60,919 nt of DNA from Bacteroidota bacterium (GTDB taxonomy: Bacteria; Bacteroidota; Bacteroidia; Bacteroidales; CG2-30-32-10), in contig JACAAW010000006.1 of the NCBI GenBank assembly GCA_013377115.1, forward strand, positions 1 through 60,919, given 5' to 3'. Below, one piece after another: positions 20,105 through 29,369 of this stretch; position 1 is the stretch's first letter; each line of letters starts with the position of its first letter. The notes beneath the pieces were generated by a model that saw only the letters and a program-made list of their open reading frames with translations, searched no databases and had not been told where the DNA came from. Made by a program: the position numbers and the translations under genes.

Positions 20105-21235
20105 TTATTTTGAAATAATAAAATCTTCCACATTTTTTCTCCAGGATTTGTAACTTGATTTTGCTCTACCAACTCGAACAATCATTTGGATTTTTTCTTT
20201 TGATTTAGTTTTGGTTAATTTATTAAATTCCTTTTGCAATTCTTCCATTTGAGAATATTCTTGAATAACTTGATTGTAAGGATGAGTTACGATTCCAAGC
20301 TTTGCAATAGCAACATTATAGCGGGCGTAATCTCTGCCAGCTAAAATCCAATCCAACATTGTGTTTGTATTGGTTTTAAACATGATAATTCCTTTTGAAG
20401 AATACACTCCTTTATTGATTCCTTTCATTGTTGCTTTGAAAATTTTACCACTATGCCAGGTGAGGCTATCGCCTTTTTTTAATGACATTTCTGCAAACAT
20501 TTTTCCCATGCCATCTGTTCCCATTTGTGGAATGCTAATTCCATCTTTTTTTGTTTGCCTTTCTTCTTCGTTAAAGCGAAACATCTTTCTGGTTTCTTCA
20601 TTGGTCATTTTTGTTTTAGTTTCAATTTCCATTGCTTTACTAAAAATATCCAAATAAGGCTTCATTTCTGATTCGCCTGTAATAAAAGTCATTTCACTAT
20701 GAGCCTTGTCCATTAATAATTTTATTTGATTAAATTCTTCGATAGTTATCATTTTTCCAGTATAGGGTTTTCGATTTGTGCCCCGCTGGTAAATGAAATC
20801 ATAAAGTACATCTTTTTGAATCGAAGAATTTTTTATAAAAGAAATTTTGGCCAATGGTTTTTCTGCAATTTTATTTTTCTGTATTTCATATTCACCAAAT
20901 GGGAAATATTCAACTTTGGTTTCGTAACCCTCATTTGACATTCCTATTGCCATTAGCTCAATAAAACAACCTGCTCCCATATGAATTTGCCTTGCCGGTG
21001 GATCGGTTTCAGGAAGAACATGCTTTACATAAAGCAACATTTCATTACTAGATAATGTATCAATAAACCAGCATTGTGTATTGTGTGGACTTGGTGCCGT
21101 AATCCCATAAGCAATGGCCTTTAAAACTGGAGATTTATACGCAGTTGGATTTGGTCGCTTTTCATATTGAGCATTACTCGTATTTATGGCAAAAACAAAT
21201 ATTGCCATTAAAATTAATTTAAAATTGTGGTTCAT
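20105..21235 (-). CDS. Acg-family FMN-binding nitroreductase-like protein with Sec-type signal peptide
   Basis: APSPHNTQCW, ETDPPARQ..MGAGC, RGTNRKPY, AGRDYAR, VRVGRA; start set at ATG 21235 (MNHNFK). Confidence 0.78.
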   Translation of the reverse strand: MNHNFKLILMAIFVFAINTSNAQYEKRPNPTAYKSPVLKAIAYGITAPSPHNTQCWFIDTLSSNEMLLYVKHVLPETDPPARQIHMGAGCFIELMAIGMSNEGYETKVEYFPFGEYEIQKNKIAEKPLAKISFIKNSSIQKDVLYDFIYQRGTNRKPYTGKMITIEEFNQIKLLMDKAHSEMTFITGESEMKPYLDIFSKAMEIETKTKMTNEETRKMFRFNEEERQTKKDGISIPQMGTDGMGKMFAEMSLKKGDSLTWHSGKIFKATMKGINKGVYSSKGIIMFKTNTNTMLDWILAGRDYARYNVAIAKLGIVTHPYNQVIQEYSQMEELQKEFNKLTKTKSKEKIQMIVRVGRAKSSYKSWRKNVEDFIISK

Positions 21236-21311
21236 GATTTTTTGTTTTTCATTTAGAATTGAGTGGTTTTTCAAAATATTATGAATTTAGGTTTCCAATA
21301 ATATTGAAACA

Positions 21312-21355
21312 CAAAATTAAAGTGCAGGAAAATGCAAATCGTTAACCTGGGTTAA
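21312..21355 (-). promoter_or_regulatory. Promoter with palindromic operator TTAACC-NN-GGTTAA (putative Crp/Fnr site)
   Basis: Palindrome 21342-21355; -7 box TAATTTTG at 21312-21319; 22-nt spacer. Confidence 0.65.
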
Positions 21356-21362
21356 AAAGTGA

Positions 21363-21944
21363 TTATTGTTTGGATAATCTTTTTCGAATGCGGCTTAAGG
21401 ATGGACCTTGAATTCCTAGATAGGATGAAATGTTTGTTAAAGAAACTCGTTGAAAAATATCTGGATGTTGGTTTAATAAATTAATATATCGTTCTTCTGC
21501 AGTGCGAAATAAAAAATCCTGAACTCGATTGGCGGTTTCTGCATAAACAGATTCGGAGATGATTCTGCCAAGGCGCTCCCAATTATGGGATTTGGCATAA
21601 AACTCTAAAATTTTCTTTCGTTTTGGTAGTAATATCACTTCGGTATCTTCCATTGCCTGAATGAACATCTGACTTGGATTTTGTGTTAGAAAGCTCTGAT
21701 ATTCAACAACAAAATTCTGGTCGAAAAAGAAATGAAAATTTACTTCTTCACCTTTTTGATTGATATAAAACCATTTAAAACTTCCTTTTGTAATAAAGCC
21801 AATTTGTTGCTCAATTTCACCTGATGATAAATAATAATCATTTTTCTTGAATTTTTTTATTTTGAGCATTGGCTTTAAAACAAGCCATTCTTCTTCAGTA
21901 ATAGTTGTAATGGAAGCAAAAACAAATTTTAGATGATCAACCAT
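21363..21944 (-). CDS. Crp/Fnr family transcriptional regulator (cNMP-binding-like domain plus HTH)
   Basis: GFITKG, IQAMED, AEERY..L, ISSYLGI...SLSRIRK; start likely ATG 21944 (MVDHL). Confidence 0.9.
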   Translation of the reverse strand: MVDHLKFVFASITTITEEEWLVLKPMLKIKKFKKNDYYLSSGEIEQQIGFITKGSFKWFYINQKGEEVNFHFFFDQNFVVEYQSFLTQNPSQMFIQAMEDTEVILLPKRKKILEFYAKSHNWERLGRIISESVYAETANRVQDFLFRTAEERYINLLNQHPDIFQRVSLTNISSYLGIQGPSLSRIRKRLSKQ

Positions 21945-22028
21945 TTTTATATTCAAGAATTTTATTATTATTCATAAATGAATCACAAAAACTAGAATGT
22001 AAATTTATTATTTTCTTCTCTTTTTTAC

Positions 22029-22060
22029 AAAAAAAAAGCTCGAGAAAGTCTCAAGCTTTT
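22029..22060 (-). terminator. Rho-independent terminator of the lipoprotein gene
   Basis: Minus strand aaaagcttgaga-ctt-tctcgagc followed by a T run (one G-U pair). Confidence 0.75.
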
Positions 22061-22079
22061 AAAAAGAACTGATTAATAA

Positions 22080-22709
22080 TTATTGATTGAAAGTTGTTGG
22101 AGCACTATTTAAATTGCCTTTCATATAAAAGTAAGCCCGCTCCAAGTTTTTCATGAATGGAATTTCTTTCCCCTCTTTTAATTTATATAAAAACACCGTT
22201 TCTTCTAAAATCCCTTGTTCATATTTGTATTCCTGTGTTATTCGAAGATGATCGTAAGGGGCATATTTACTGATGCCAATCACATTAAAATCCAAAGTTT
22301 GGTTACGGAATTCTTTGTCTGTTGTTCCATTTCCATTTCCTAGAGAGGAGGTTAATTCAGATATAATATTCCCATCTTTGAGACTATATTTTAATTCAAA
22401 ATACATTGTCTGATCTCTATCGCCTGCTTTTCCATCATAATTTGGATTTCTGCGATGAAGACTTTTTATTGATTTCCAATGATTATTATATCGTTTTTGA
22501 ATTACATCGAACTGGTAATCATAAGATTCGTCTCTTTCCCATTTGTCATTAGTAAATCTATATGCTTCACTTGTTCCATTCCAAATGATTGTGTAGGTAT
22601 CCTCAATTGTTAATTTGCTACTTAATGGAATAATTGTATTTTTTGTTACTCCGCATCCGCTCAACCAAAGTAAAGCTATGGTTGATAAAAACATCCAAAT
22701 TTTTTTCAT
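22080..22709 (-). CDS. Hypothetical lipoprotein, beta-rich
   Basis: Lipobox LSGC after a hydrophobic stretch; no family recognised. Confidence 0.75.
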   Translation of the reverse strand: MKKIWMFLSTIALLWLSGCGVTKNTIIPLSSKLTIEDTYTIIWNGTSEAYRFTNDKWERDESYDYQFDVIQKRYNNHWKSIKSLHRRNPNYDGKAGDRDQTMYFELKYSLKDGNIISELTSSLGNGNGTTDKEFRNQTLDFNVIGISKYAPYDHLRITQEYKYEQGILEETVFLYKLKEGKEIPFMKNLERAYFYMKGNLNSAPTTFNQ

Positions 22710-22745
22710 TTTAATTTAAGTTTTGTGATTAATAATTTAACGTCA

Positions 22746-22789
22746 CAAATTTCTATAAAGTAGGGCTGAAAAAAATTAACAAATGTTAT
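22746..22789 (-). promoter_or_regulatory. Promoter with palindromic operator TTAACA-AA-TGTTAT (putative Crp/Fnr site)
   Basis: Imperfect palindrome 22776-22789; -7-like GAAATTTG at 22746-22753; 22-nt spacer, same as the 21312-21355 site. Confidence 0.6.
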
Positions 22790-22794
22790 TTTCG

Positions 22795-23376
22795 CTATTT
22801 CTGAGCAATTTTTTTTCGTAATCGGCTCAAACTTTCTTTTTCGAGACCAATGTATGAAGCAATATGGTACAATGGAACTCTGTTTAAGAGGTGGGGTTCG
22901 TTCTCGAGGATTTGAAGATATCTTTGTTCTCCATCTAAAAATAAAAAACTCTCGGCTCTTTGAGTAATCATTTTATATAATTGTTCAGCCATTAAACGGC
23001 CAAAACGTTCCCAGTTGTGGGAGTGATTATAGGCATTTTGTAATACTGAAAGATTAAAGGTTACAATTTCTGATTTTTCAAGGGCTTCAATAAAATATTT
23101 ACTTGGCTTTTCTTGCAAAAAGCTATTATAATCTGTTATAAATTGGTTTTCGAAAATGAATTTTGTGTTAATTTCTTTACCTTCTGAAAGATAATAAATT
23201 CGAAAACCACCGTAATTAACAAATCCAACCTCTTTACAAATATTGCCTTCGCTTAGAATAATCTCTTTTTCTTTTATGATTTTTTTCTTCAGAAAAGGTT
23301 CAAAAAATAAACCATCTTCTTCACTCATAAATGGAACATCTTTTAACCAGTCACTAAATTTTTGAAATTCGGTCAT
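22795..23376 (-). CDS. Crp/Fnr family transcriptional regulator
   Basis: GFVNYG.FRIYY, IEALE, GEQRY, IASYIGL.KESLSRLRK. Confidence 0.9.
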   Translation of the reverse strand: MTEFQKFSDWLKDVPFMSEEDGLFFEPFLKKKIIKEKEIILSEGNICKEVGFVNYGGFRIYYLSEGKEINTKFIFENQFITDYNSFLQEKPSKYFIEALEKSEIVTFNLSVLQNAYNHSHNWERFGRLMAEQLYKMITQRAESFLFLDGEQRYLQILENEPHLLNRVPLYHIASYIGLEKESLSRLRKKIAQK

Positions 23377-23464
23377 TTTTTATACTTGAAAATTGGGTTT
23401 TAATCAAAAAATTATCAAAGCTAATTTATGGAAAAAAGTAAATATTGCAAAAAGAAAATTCTCT

Positions 23465-24223
23465 TTAATTTTCATTATTGGAGTAAACCTTCTTTTTTTC
23501 CTTAGAAATATTGATAATTGAAAAAATAATGAGAATTACCAATGCGCCGAAAAGGATTAAAGATGAACCCGCAGTTCCAAAATTGAGTCCATCCTGTTCT
23601 GTTGGTTTTGTTAGTAAATCTCCAAAAGTTGCTCCAAATGGCCTCGTGAGAACAAAAGCAAACCAAAAAAGAATAACATATGATATTTTAGTAAAATAAT
23701 AACCGATTACAATTAATATAAGTAAGCTTCCTATAAGCAAGGCACCACCGGCAAAACCCAATCCTGAATTGTCTGCTAGGAAATCCCCCAAAGCGGTTCC
23801 TAATGTATTTGAAAATAAAATGGCTGTCCAATAAAATAATTCACCACGCAATGATTTAATATTGGTTACCGATAATGACTTTTCAGTAGCTTTCCAAATT
23901 ACCAGCGTAACGATAAGTAAAGAAACCAAAATTGAGGACCCAAAAGCATAGCCCAATTCTAGAGTTCGGTCCATAAAGTCTGACATTGTAGTTCCAGCAG
24001 TACTAGTTGCTAAAATTACCGACCAAAAAATAATTGGATGATGTTTTTTTGTAAAAAGTTGAATCACCAAAACAACAATAAAAAAGCTAATTAAAATGAT
24101 AGAACTAAATCCATAACCGATTTTCATGGTCATCGATAATAAATCACCAGCAGTTTCTCCCAAAGTGGTAGCGCAGATTTTCATTATCCAAAAAGCAATT
24201 GTTATTTGGGGTAACTTGTTCAT
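23465..24223 (-). CDS. COG4705 / DUF347 repeat membrane protein
   Basis: KLPQIT..FWIMKI.ATTLGETAGD; NTLGTALGDFLAD; LTRPFGATFGDLLTKP. Confidence 0.85.
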   Translation of the reverse strand: MNKLPQITIAFWIMKICATTLGETAGDLLSMTMKIGYGFSSIILISFFIVVLVIQLFTKKHHPIIFWSVILATSTAGTTMSDFMDRTLELGYAFGSSILVSLLIVTLVIWKATEKSLSVTNIKSLRGELFYWTAILFSNTLGTALGDFLADNSGLGFAGGALLIGSLLILIVIGYYFTKISYVILFWFAFVLTRPFGATFGDLLTKPTEQDGLNFGTAGSSLILFGALVILIIFSIINISKEKKKVYSNNEN

Positions 24224-24302
24224 GCTTGATTTTTAAATTGCAAAATACACTGCATTAATGTTCTTCAGAAAAATTGGCAAGGAACTTCAAAATAGGATTT
24301 TG

Positions 24303-26936
24303 TTATAATTTACTAGCCAACACCGCAGTTTTTTTATAGTGTTTTGTGTTTCCTTTCAAATCGAAAACTTCCATATAAACTATATAAATTCCAATTGGAG
24401 ATTTTTCAGCGTCTTCATTAATTCCATCCCACGAAAAAGTCCCAGAAGTCCCTAATAACTGGCTCTTTTCTAAAACTCTAACCAATCTTCCTTTTGAATC
24501 ATAAACCATGATAGTAGCAACATATCCAGGTTCGCTAAACAAATAATTGATATTCAAAACATCATTTACTCCATCATTGTCTGGAGAAAAAATTTCAGGA
24601 CTTAAAGTTAATTCATTTGTTGGAATTTGGTCAGGCGTATATTGTGAATTCTTATATGCTGGAGTTGCAAAACCAACATTTTCTGCTGCCGAATGCCAGT
24701 TTGATTTATCATCTGTTGGCCTTTCAAAACTTAAGCGTTCTAATGAAACACCATCTGTTGTGGATAGTAATGGAAACTGCATTCCTAAAGAATAAGTGAA
24801 TTTATCAATTATGACTTCACTTTGATTTGCAATTACAACAACACCATCATCATTATTGAATGAAGGAAGTGAACTCATTTTAACAAAACCTTTCGGGTTG
24901 GTTGTAGAATACTGGCTTTTCACCATATCAGGGTTGGTTGTCAAAACGTAATATTCTTGTGGGAAAATTAAAAAACCATCAGCACTAATTGGATTTACTG
25001 AAGTTAAAACATTGTTTATTGTATCGTAAGAAGCCAATACAAGATATTTCATTTCAATTACTTTATTGGAATGATTGTAAATTTCAACAAAGTCAACACC
25101 ATTGTCTTTTGGGTTTGAAAGAACTTCGTTTATCAAAATATCACCTTTTACGGCAGCAGAAGGAATTGCAAATTTAGCACTTGAAAACGTTGCAATATTT
25201 CCAGCACAATCTTTTATTGTATCAGAAATGGTGATATAATAAATGACACTATTTTGAAAAGTGCCGGCAAATTGCAAAATTACCGATTTGAAATCCGGAC
25301 CAACAATAGAAACACTTGAAGGATTTCCAATTGAATTGTCAACAGAATAATTTGAAACATTTTTTAATAATAAACTATCAAGCGTTTCAGTAAAAAACAA
25401 TTGAATGCTAGATTGAGTGAGCATGCCAACTCTATCAATTTCTGGACGAATATTATCAGCATTGGCGGCATTTATAGAATTTGTTGAACCCGGCGTTCCA
25501 CCTTTTACATCAACAGAAGCACGCCAATTATTCATTGCACCACAAGGATTATTTGGATCAATTTGTTCGAGCGACCAACCACCATCTTTTTTATTTGCGT
25601 TCTGATACCAGTCACTGCTATAGGTAATCGTATGAATTATTTTTCCAAGATTATTGGATAATACAATCGTTGCACCATCGTTGGTAAGGGAATAAATATT
25701 GGTGAAAAAATCAACACAAGTTCCATAAACAGATAATCCGGTAATTGCCTCAGCTTTGGTAAGAATTAAATAGCCGTGAGCCTGAATACTTACATCTGGA
25801 AATATTTTGGTGTAGGAACCAAAAGCAAGGGTCCAGTCTTTTAAGCTGATTGGGAAGTTAGTTCTATTATACAATTCCATATACTCATATGCAGGAAGTC
25901 CGACGGCTGGGTCTGGGTCGGCCATAAGTTCGTTAATAACGATATCATATGATTTTGGTAAGTAAAATACAAAATCATTATTCGCTGTAACCATAGTGTT
26001 TACAGCAAGATCCTGAATGTTTGAAGTAGTTAAAGAATAAGTTTGTCCTTCGATAAAACCAGAAGCAAATGTTAAATGAACTAGTGCAAGATTAGTAGCA
26101 TCCCGAATTGCAGTAATTGGATTTCCAATTCCTCCATTTACACTATAATTTGAAATTGTTTCAGCAATGGACTGAAATACTGATTCAGAAAATAAAACTT
26201 CAACCTGATTATTAGAAATTGCCGAAATAGAAGAGATTACTGGGGCAATGGTATCAACAATTATTCCTCCGGCATAAATGTCATCAAAATAATAACTTGT
26301 TCCATTGCTACTGGTATAATTGCAATAAACTCCAGCAAAACTAGGAACTAAAGTTACAATTGGCTCGCTAAATGTACCATGAAGAATATAGGAGTTTCCA
26401 GTAACAGTATTTGTTGTGTCAGAAAAGAGGCTCCAGTTTCCGGCTAAATCTCTGGTTACTTTCACATGAATTTGATTAATGCTAGAAAGACATTCAACGG
26501 GTCCAGGAACCAATACGGAAAAAGAACCAGTGGCTCCGGTCTGCTTGCAGAGAGATATTTTATCATCAGCACCACCAATTTGAACAAAATAGCCATTTAA
26601 TGAACCCTCTAAATTTTGTTGGTCAGAAGCTAAATAAAATCGTGCATAATTAGTTGCTGAGGTAGAAGGAACTCTTGAATAAAAATGCCATTCAGTATTA
26701 TTTATTAGCGTATTGGTTGTTGCCAAATATGATATGGCAGTAATCGTATTATTAAGCTGTAATAAAGGTTTTGTTGGAATTGTAGAAATAGTTGTATTTA
26801 TTTTATATTCAGAAGTGTCACCAACCCATTCAGAACCAGCAGGATTGATATGAAAATTCCCGTCTGAAAAGGTCTCGTTTATTTGACCTTGAACAAAAAT
26901 AGGAAAGAATGATAAAAGAAAAAATAATTTTTTCAT
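24303..26936 (-). CDS. Lamin-tail-domain protein with Ig-like domains and T9SS type B (CHU_C) CTD
   Basis: Two LTD motifs (IVINELMADP..EYMELYN; ILINEVLSNP..DFVEIYN); CTD FSPDNDGVND..WDG..GIYI. Confidence 0.85.
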   Translation of the reverse strand: MKKLFFLLSFFPIFVQGQINETFSDGNFHINPAGSEWVGDTSEYKINTTISTIPTKPLLQLNNTITAISYLATTNTLINNTEWHFYSRVPSTSATNYARFYLASDQQNLEGSLNGYFVQIGGADDKISLCKQTGATGSFSVLVPGPVECLSSINQIHVKVTRDLAGNWSLFSDTTNTVTGNSYILHGTFSEPIVTLVPSFAGVYCNYTSSNGTSYYFDDIYAGGIIVDTIAPVISSISAISNNQVEVLFSESVFQSIAETISNYSVNGGIGNPITAIRDATNLALVHLTFASGFIEGQTYSLTTSNIQDLAVNTMVTANNDFVFYLPKSYDIVINELMADPDPAVGLPAYEYMELYNRTNFPISLKDWTLAFGSYTKIFPDVSIQAHGYLILTKAEAITGLSVYGTCVDFFTNIYSLTNDGATIVLSNNLGKIIHTITYSSDWYQNANKKDGGWSLEQIDPNNPCGAMNNWRASVDVKGGTPGSTNSINAANADNIRPEIDRVGMLTQSSIQLFFTETLDSLLLKNVSNYSVDNSIGNPSSVSIVGPDFKSVILQFAGTFQNSVIYYITISDTIKDCAGNIATFSSAKFAIPSAAVKGDILINEVLSNPKDNGVDFVEIYNHSNKVIEMKYLVLASYDTINNVLTSVNPISADGFLIFPQEYYVLTTNPDMVKSQYSTTNPKGFVKMSSLPSFNNDDGVVVIANQSEVIIDKFTYSLGMQFPLLSTTDGVSLERLSFERPTDDKSNWHSAAENVGFATPAYKNSQYTPDQIPTNELTLSPEIFSPDNDGVNDVLNINYLFSEPGYVATIMVYDSKGRLVRVLEKSQLLGTSGTFSWDGINEDAEKSPIGIYIVYMEVFDLKGNTKHYKKTAVLASKL

Positions 26937-27018
26937 AATTGATAAAATAGATTTGAAGGTAAATATACTACTTTTGTATAATTATTTAATATTAATTAAA
27001 AAAATTAAAATAATTAAT

Positions 27019-28005
27019 ATGAAGATTGCAATTATTGGTGCTACCGGACTTGTTGGCACAATGATGATTAAAGTTTTAGAAGAAAGTAATATTTCTGTTT
27101 CAGAATTTATTCCAGTTGCTTCTGAAAAATCTGTTGGAAAAGAAATTTTTTTTAAAGGAAAATCATACAAAGTTGTTGGAATTGAAGAGGCAATTTCTAA
27201 AAACCCTCAATTTGCAATTTTTTCGGCTGGAGGGTCTACTTCAAAAAAATGGGCTCCTGAATTTGCAAAAATTGGAACAATAGTTATTGATAATTCCTCA
27301 GCTTGGCGTATGTTTCCTGAAATTCCATTGATTGTTCCTGAAATTAATGCCGATCTTTTAAATAAAAGCCATTATATTATTTCCAACCCAAATTGCTCTA
27401 CTATCCAAATGGTGGTTGCTTTAGCTCCCTTACATTTAAAATATAAAATAAAAAGATTGGTGATTTCAACGTATCAATCCGTCACCGGAACTGGAGTTAA
27501 AGCTGTTGAGCAATTAAATAATGAGCGAAATAAAATCGATGGAATAAAAGCATATCCACACCCTATTGATTTAAATTTGATTCCTCATGGTGGCGATTTC
27601 CTCGAAAATGGATATACTACCGAAGAACAAAAATTGGTTGATGAAACAAGAAAAATATTAAGGGACGAATCGATTAGAATTACTGCCACAGTAGTGAGAG
27701 TTCCTGTTTTTGGAGGTCATTCAGAATCCGTAAATATTGAATTTGAAAATGATTTTGAATTAAATGAATTGAAGGATCTTCTTTCATCATCACCTGGAAT
27801 CACAGTTTTGAATGATGATAAAAATAATGTTTATCCGATGCCTTTATTTGCAGAAGGAAAAAACGACGTGTTTGTTGGTCGAATTCGCAGAGATGAGTCC
27901 AATCCGAATTCCTTAAATTTATGGATTGTTTCTGATAATCTAAGAAAAGGTGCAGCTACAAATGCTGTCCAAATTGCTGAATACATAATTGATAAAGTCC
28001 TTTAA
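27019..28005 (+). CDS. asd: Aspartate-semialdehyde dehydrogenase
   Basis: GATGLVG, DNSSAWR, NPNCSTIQ, GHSESV, DNLRKGAATNAVQIAE; start ATG 27019. Confidence 0.95.
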   Translation: MKIAIIGATGLVGTMMIKVLEESNISVSEFIPVASEKSVGKEIFFKGKSYKVVGIEEAISKNPQFAIFSAGGSTSKKWAPEFAKIGTIVIDNSSAWRMFPEIPLIVPEINADLLNKSHYIISNPNCSTIQMVVALAPLHLKYKIKRLVISTYQSVTGTGVKAVEQLNNERNKIDGIKAYPHPIDLNLIPHGGDFLENGYTTEEQKLVDETRKILRDESIRITATVVRVPVFGGHSESVNIEFENDFELNELKDLLSSSPGITVLNDDKNNVYPMPLFAEGKNDVFVGRIRRDESNPNSLNLWIVSDNLRKGAATNAVQIAEYIIDKVL

Positions 28006-28014
28006 CAGTCTTTT

Positions 28015-28656
28015 CTACTGACAAACAAAATCCATTACGCAGCAAGTAGCATATTTTTTATGTGGTTGAATTGAAACTCCAATGAAATTGTATTCTTTGT
28101 CGAGGATATTATTTCGATGCCCATATCCACTAACACCATCATCTATTAATAAATCCATAACAATTGTCAGAGGATCACTATATCCATAATCGCAATTCTC
28201 ACCTCTAGAAGAAAAACTGGTTTTTAATACCGCAAATCTTTTTGTAACATCTTTGTGTCCAGTAAATCCTTCTTTTCCCATTTTTATTGCGTATTGTTTT
28301 GCAATTAAGGAAACTTCTTTTGATGGAACTAATGGTTTAAGAGCCGACTGATTTTTCAATGTCGAAAACAAAGAATTCACATAAATCGTCTTTTTCTGTT
28401 TGGTTGAGTCAATGAACTTCTGTAAATAAGTTTGAGCAAAAAGTTTTCCGTTTATTCGAGCTAAATTTGAATAAAAAATCACACTTTTTTCGTCTTTTGA
28501 TAAATAATCAGAGGTTTTGGCAGAATTGGCTGCATCTATTTCTGATTGTTTCCATTTATCAAATGGATATTTCTGTTTAATTTCCTGCGAATATACTACT
28601 GCAGAAAAGGATGATAATAATAAAAGAAAGAGTATTTTAAAAAATTGAAGTTTCAT
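28015..28656 (-). CDS. CAP (SCP-like) domain exported protein
   Basis: Signal peptide; NLAR, GH, GENCDYG, LLIDDGV..GHRNNIL. Confidence 0.85.
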   Translation of the reverse strand: MKLQFFKILFLLLLSSFSAVVYSQEIKQKYPFDKWKQSEIDAANSAKTSDYLSKDEKSVIFYSNLARINGKLFAQTYLQKFIDSTKQKKTIYVNSLFSTLKNQSALKPLVPSKEVSLIAKQYAIKMGKEGFTGHKDVTKRFAVLKTSFSSRGENCDYGYSDPLTIVMDLLIDDGVSGYGHRNNILDKEYNFIGVSIQPHKKYATCCVMDFVCQ

Positions 28657-28760
28657 TTATTGAGGCATTTAATTTATTAACGAAAAAGTTTCGGAATAAT
28701 TGCAAAAATTATGCTTAATTGGTTTTAAGTTGATATAATTATTAATCTCTATTCCAAGAA

Positions 28761-28826
28761 TTAACAATTCGTTAACAAATTTATGCATTTCCTATTAAGG
28801 AAAAGATCATTTTTAGATTAATTTTG
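28761..28826 (+). promoter_or_regulatory. Promoter of the metal-transport operon with an 11-bp-period direct repeat
   Basis: TTAACAA-ttcg-TTAACAA at 28761-28778; -7 box TAATTTTG at 28819-28826. Confidence 0.5.
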
Positions 28827-28843
28827 TGCAAAATTCATTTTCA

Positions 28844-29320
28844 TTGAAAGCAATTTTTCGAAATAGTATTATTTTTTCTTTCTTATTAATTTTTATTGCC
28901 TCAACAGGTGGTATAAATTTATATAAAAGTTTATGTTCATGCACTGGACACGAAACTATTTCTTTTTTCAAGAAAGAAAGTACATGCTCACTTCAACATA
29001 AATCAAAAGACTCTGAAAAAGAAACCAAATATTGCTGTTCGAAAAAGAAAACTTCTAAAAAAGCAAAGAAATGTTGCTCAACAACCAATAAATATTTAAA
29101 AGTACGCAGTGATTTTGATGCTTTGGATGCAGTACAAATAAAAAATCATTCAGAGGATTTCGTTTTTCTTGTTAATTTGAAGAGCATCATTACTCTTAAA
29201 TCAAAATATCTCATTAAAGAAATTGTTCCCCCAGATTCGGTGGATCCGCCTTTACTTTTCGGCAAAAACCTTGTTTTCTTTTTACATCAATTAAAAATTG
29301 ACGCCTCAGATATTGCTTAA
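28844..29320 (+). CDS. HYC_CC_PP-like Cys/Pro-rich protein preceding a TonB-dependent receptor
   Basis: N-terminal hydrophobic segment; CSC, C, CC, CC; C-terminal PPDSVDPP. GTG 28826 overlaps the -7 box, so TTG 28844 is the more likely start. Confidence 0.72.
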   Translation: MKAIFRNSIIFSFLLIFIASTGGINLYKSLCSCTGHETISFFKKESTCSLQHKSKDSEKETKYCCSKKKTSKKAKKCCSTTNKYLKVRSDFDALDAVQIKNHSEDFVFLVNLKSIITLKSKYLIKEIVPPDSVDPPLLFGKNLVFFLHQLKIDASDIA

Positions 29321-29369
29321 TTATTTCAATAATTTTCAATATTACTTATTTATTTAGGAGGCATCATTT

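Noticed and set aside
21232-21252. Six-codon uORF (MKNKKS) overlapping the Acg-like start
   Set aside because: Easily arises by chance in an A-rich 5' UTR; no supporting feature.
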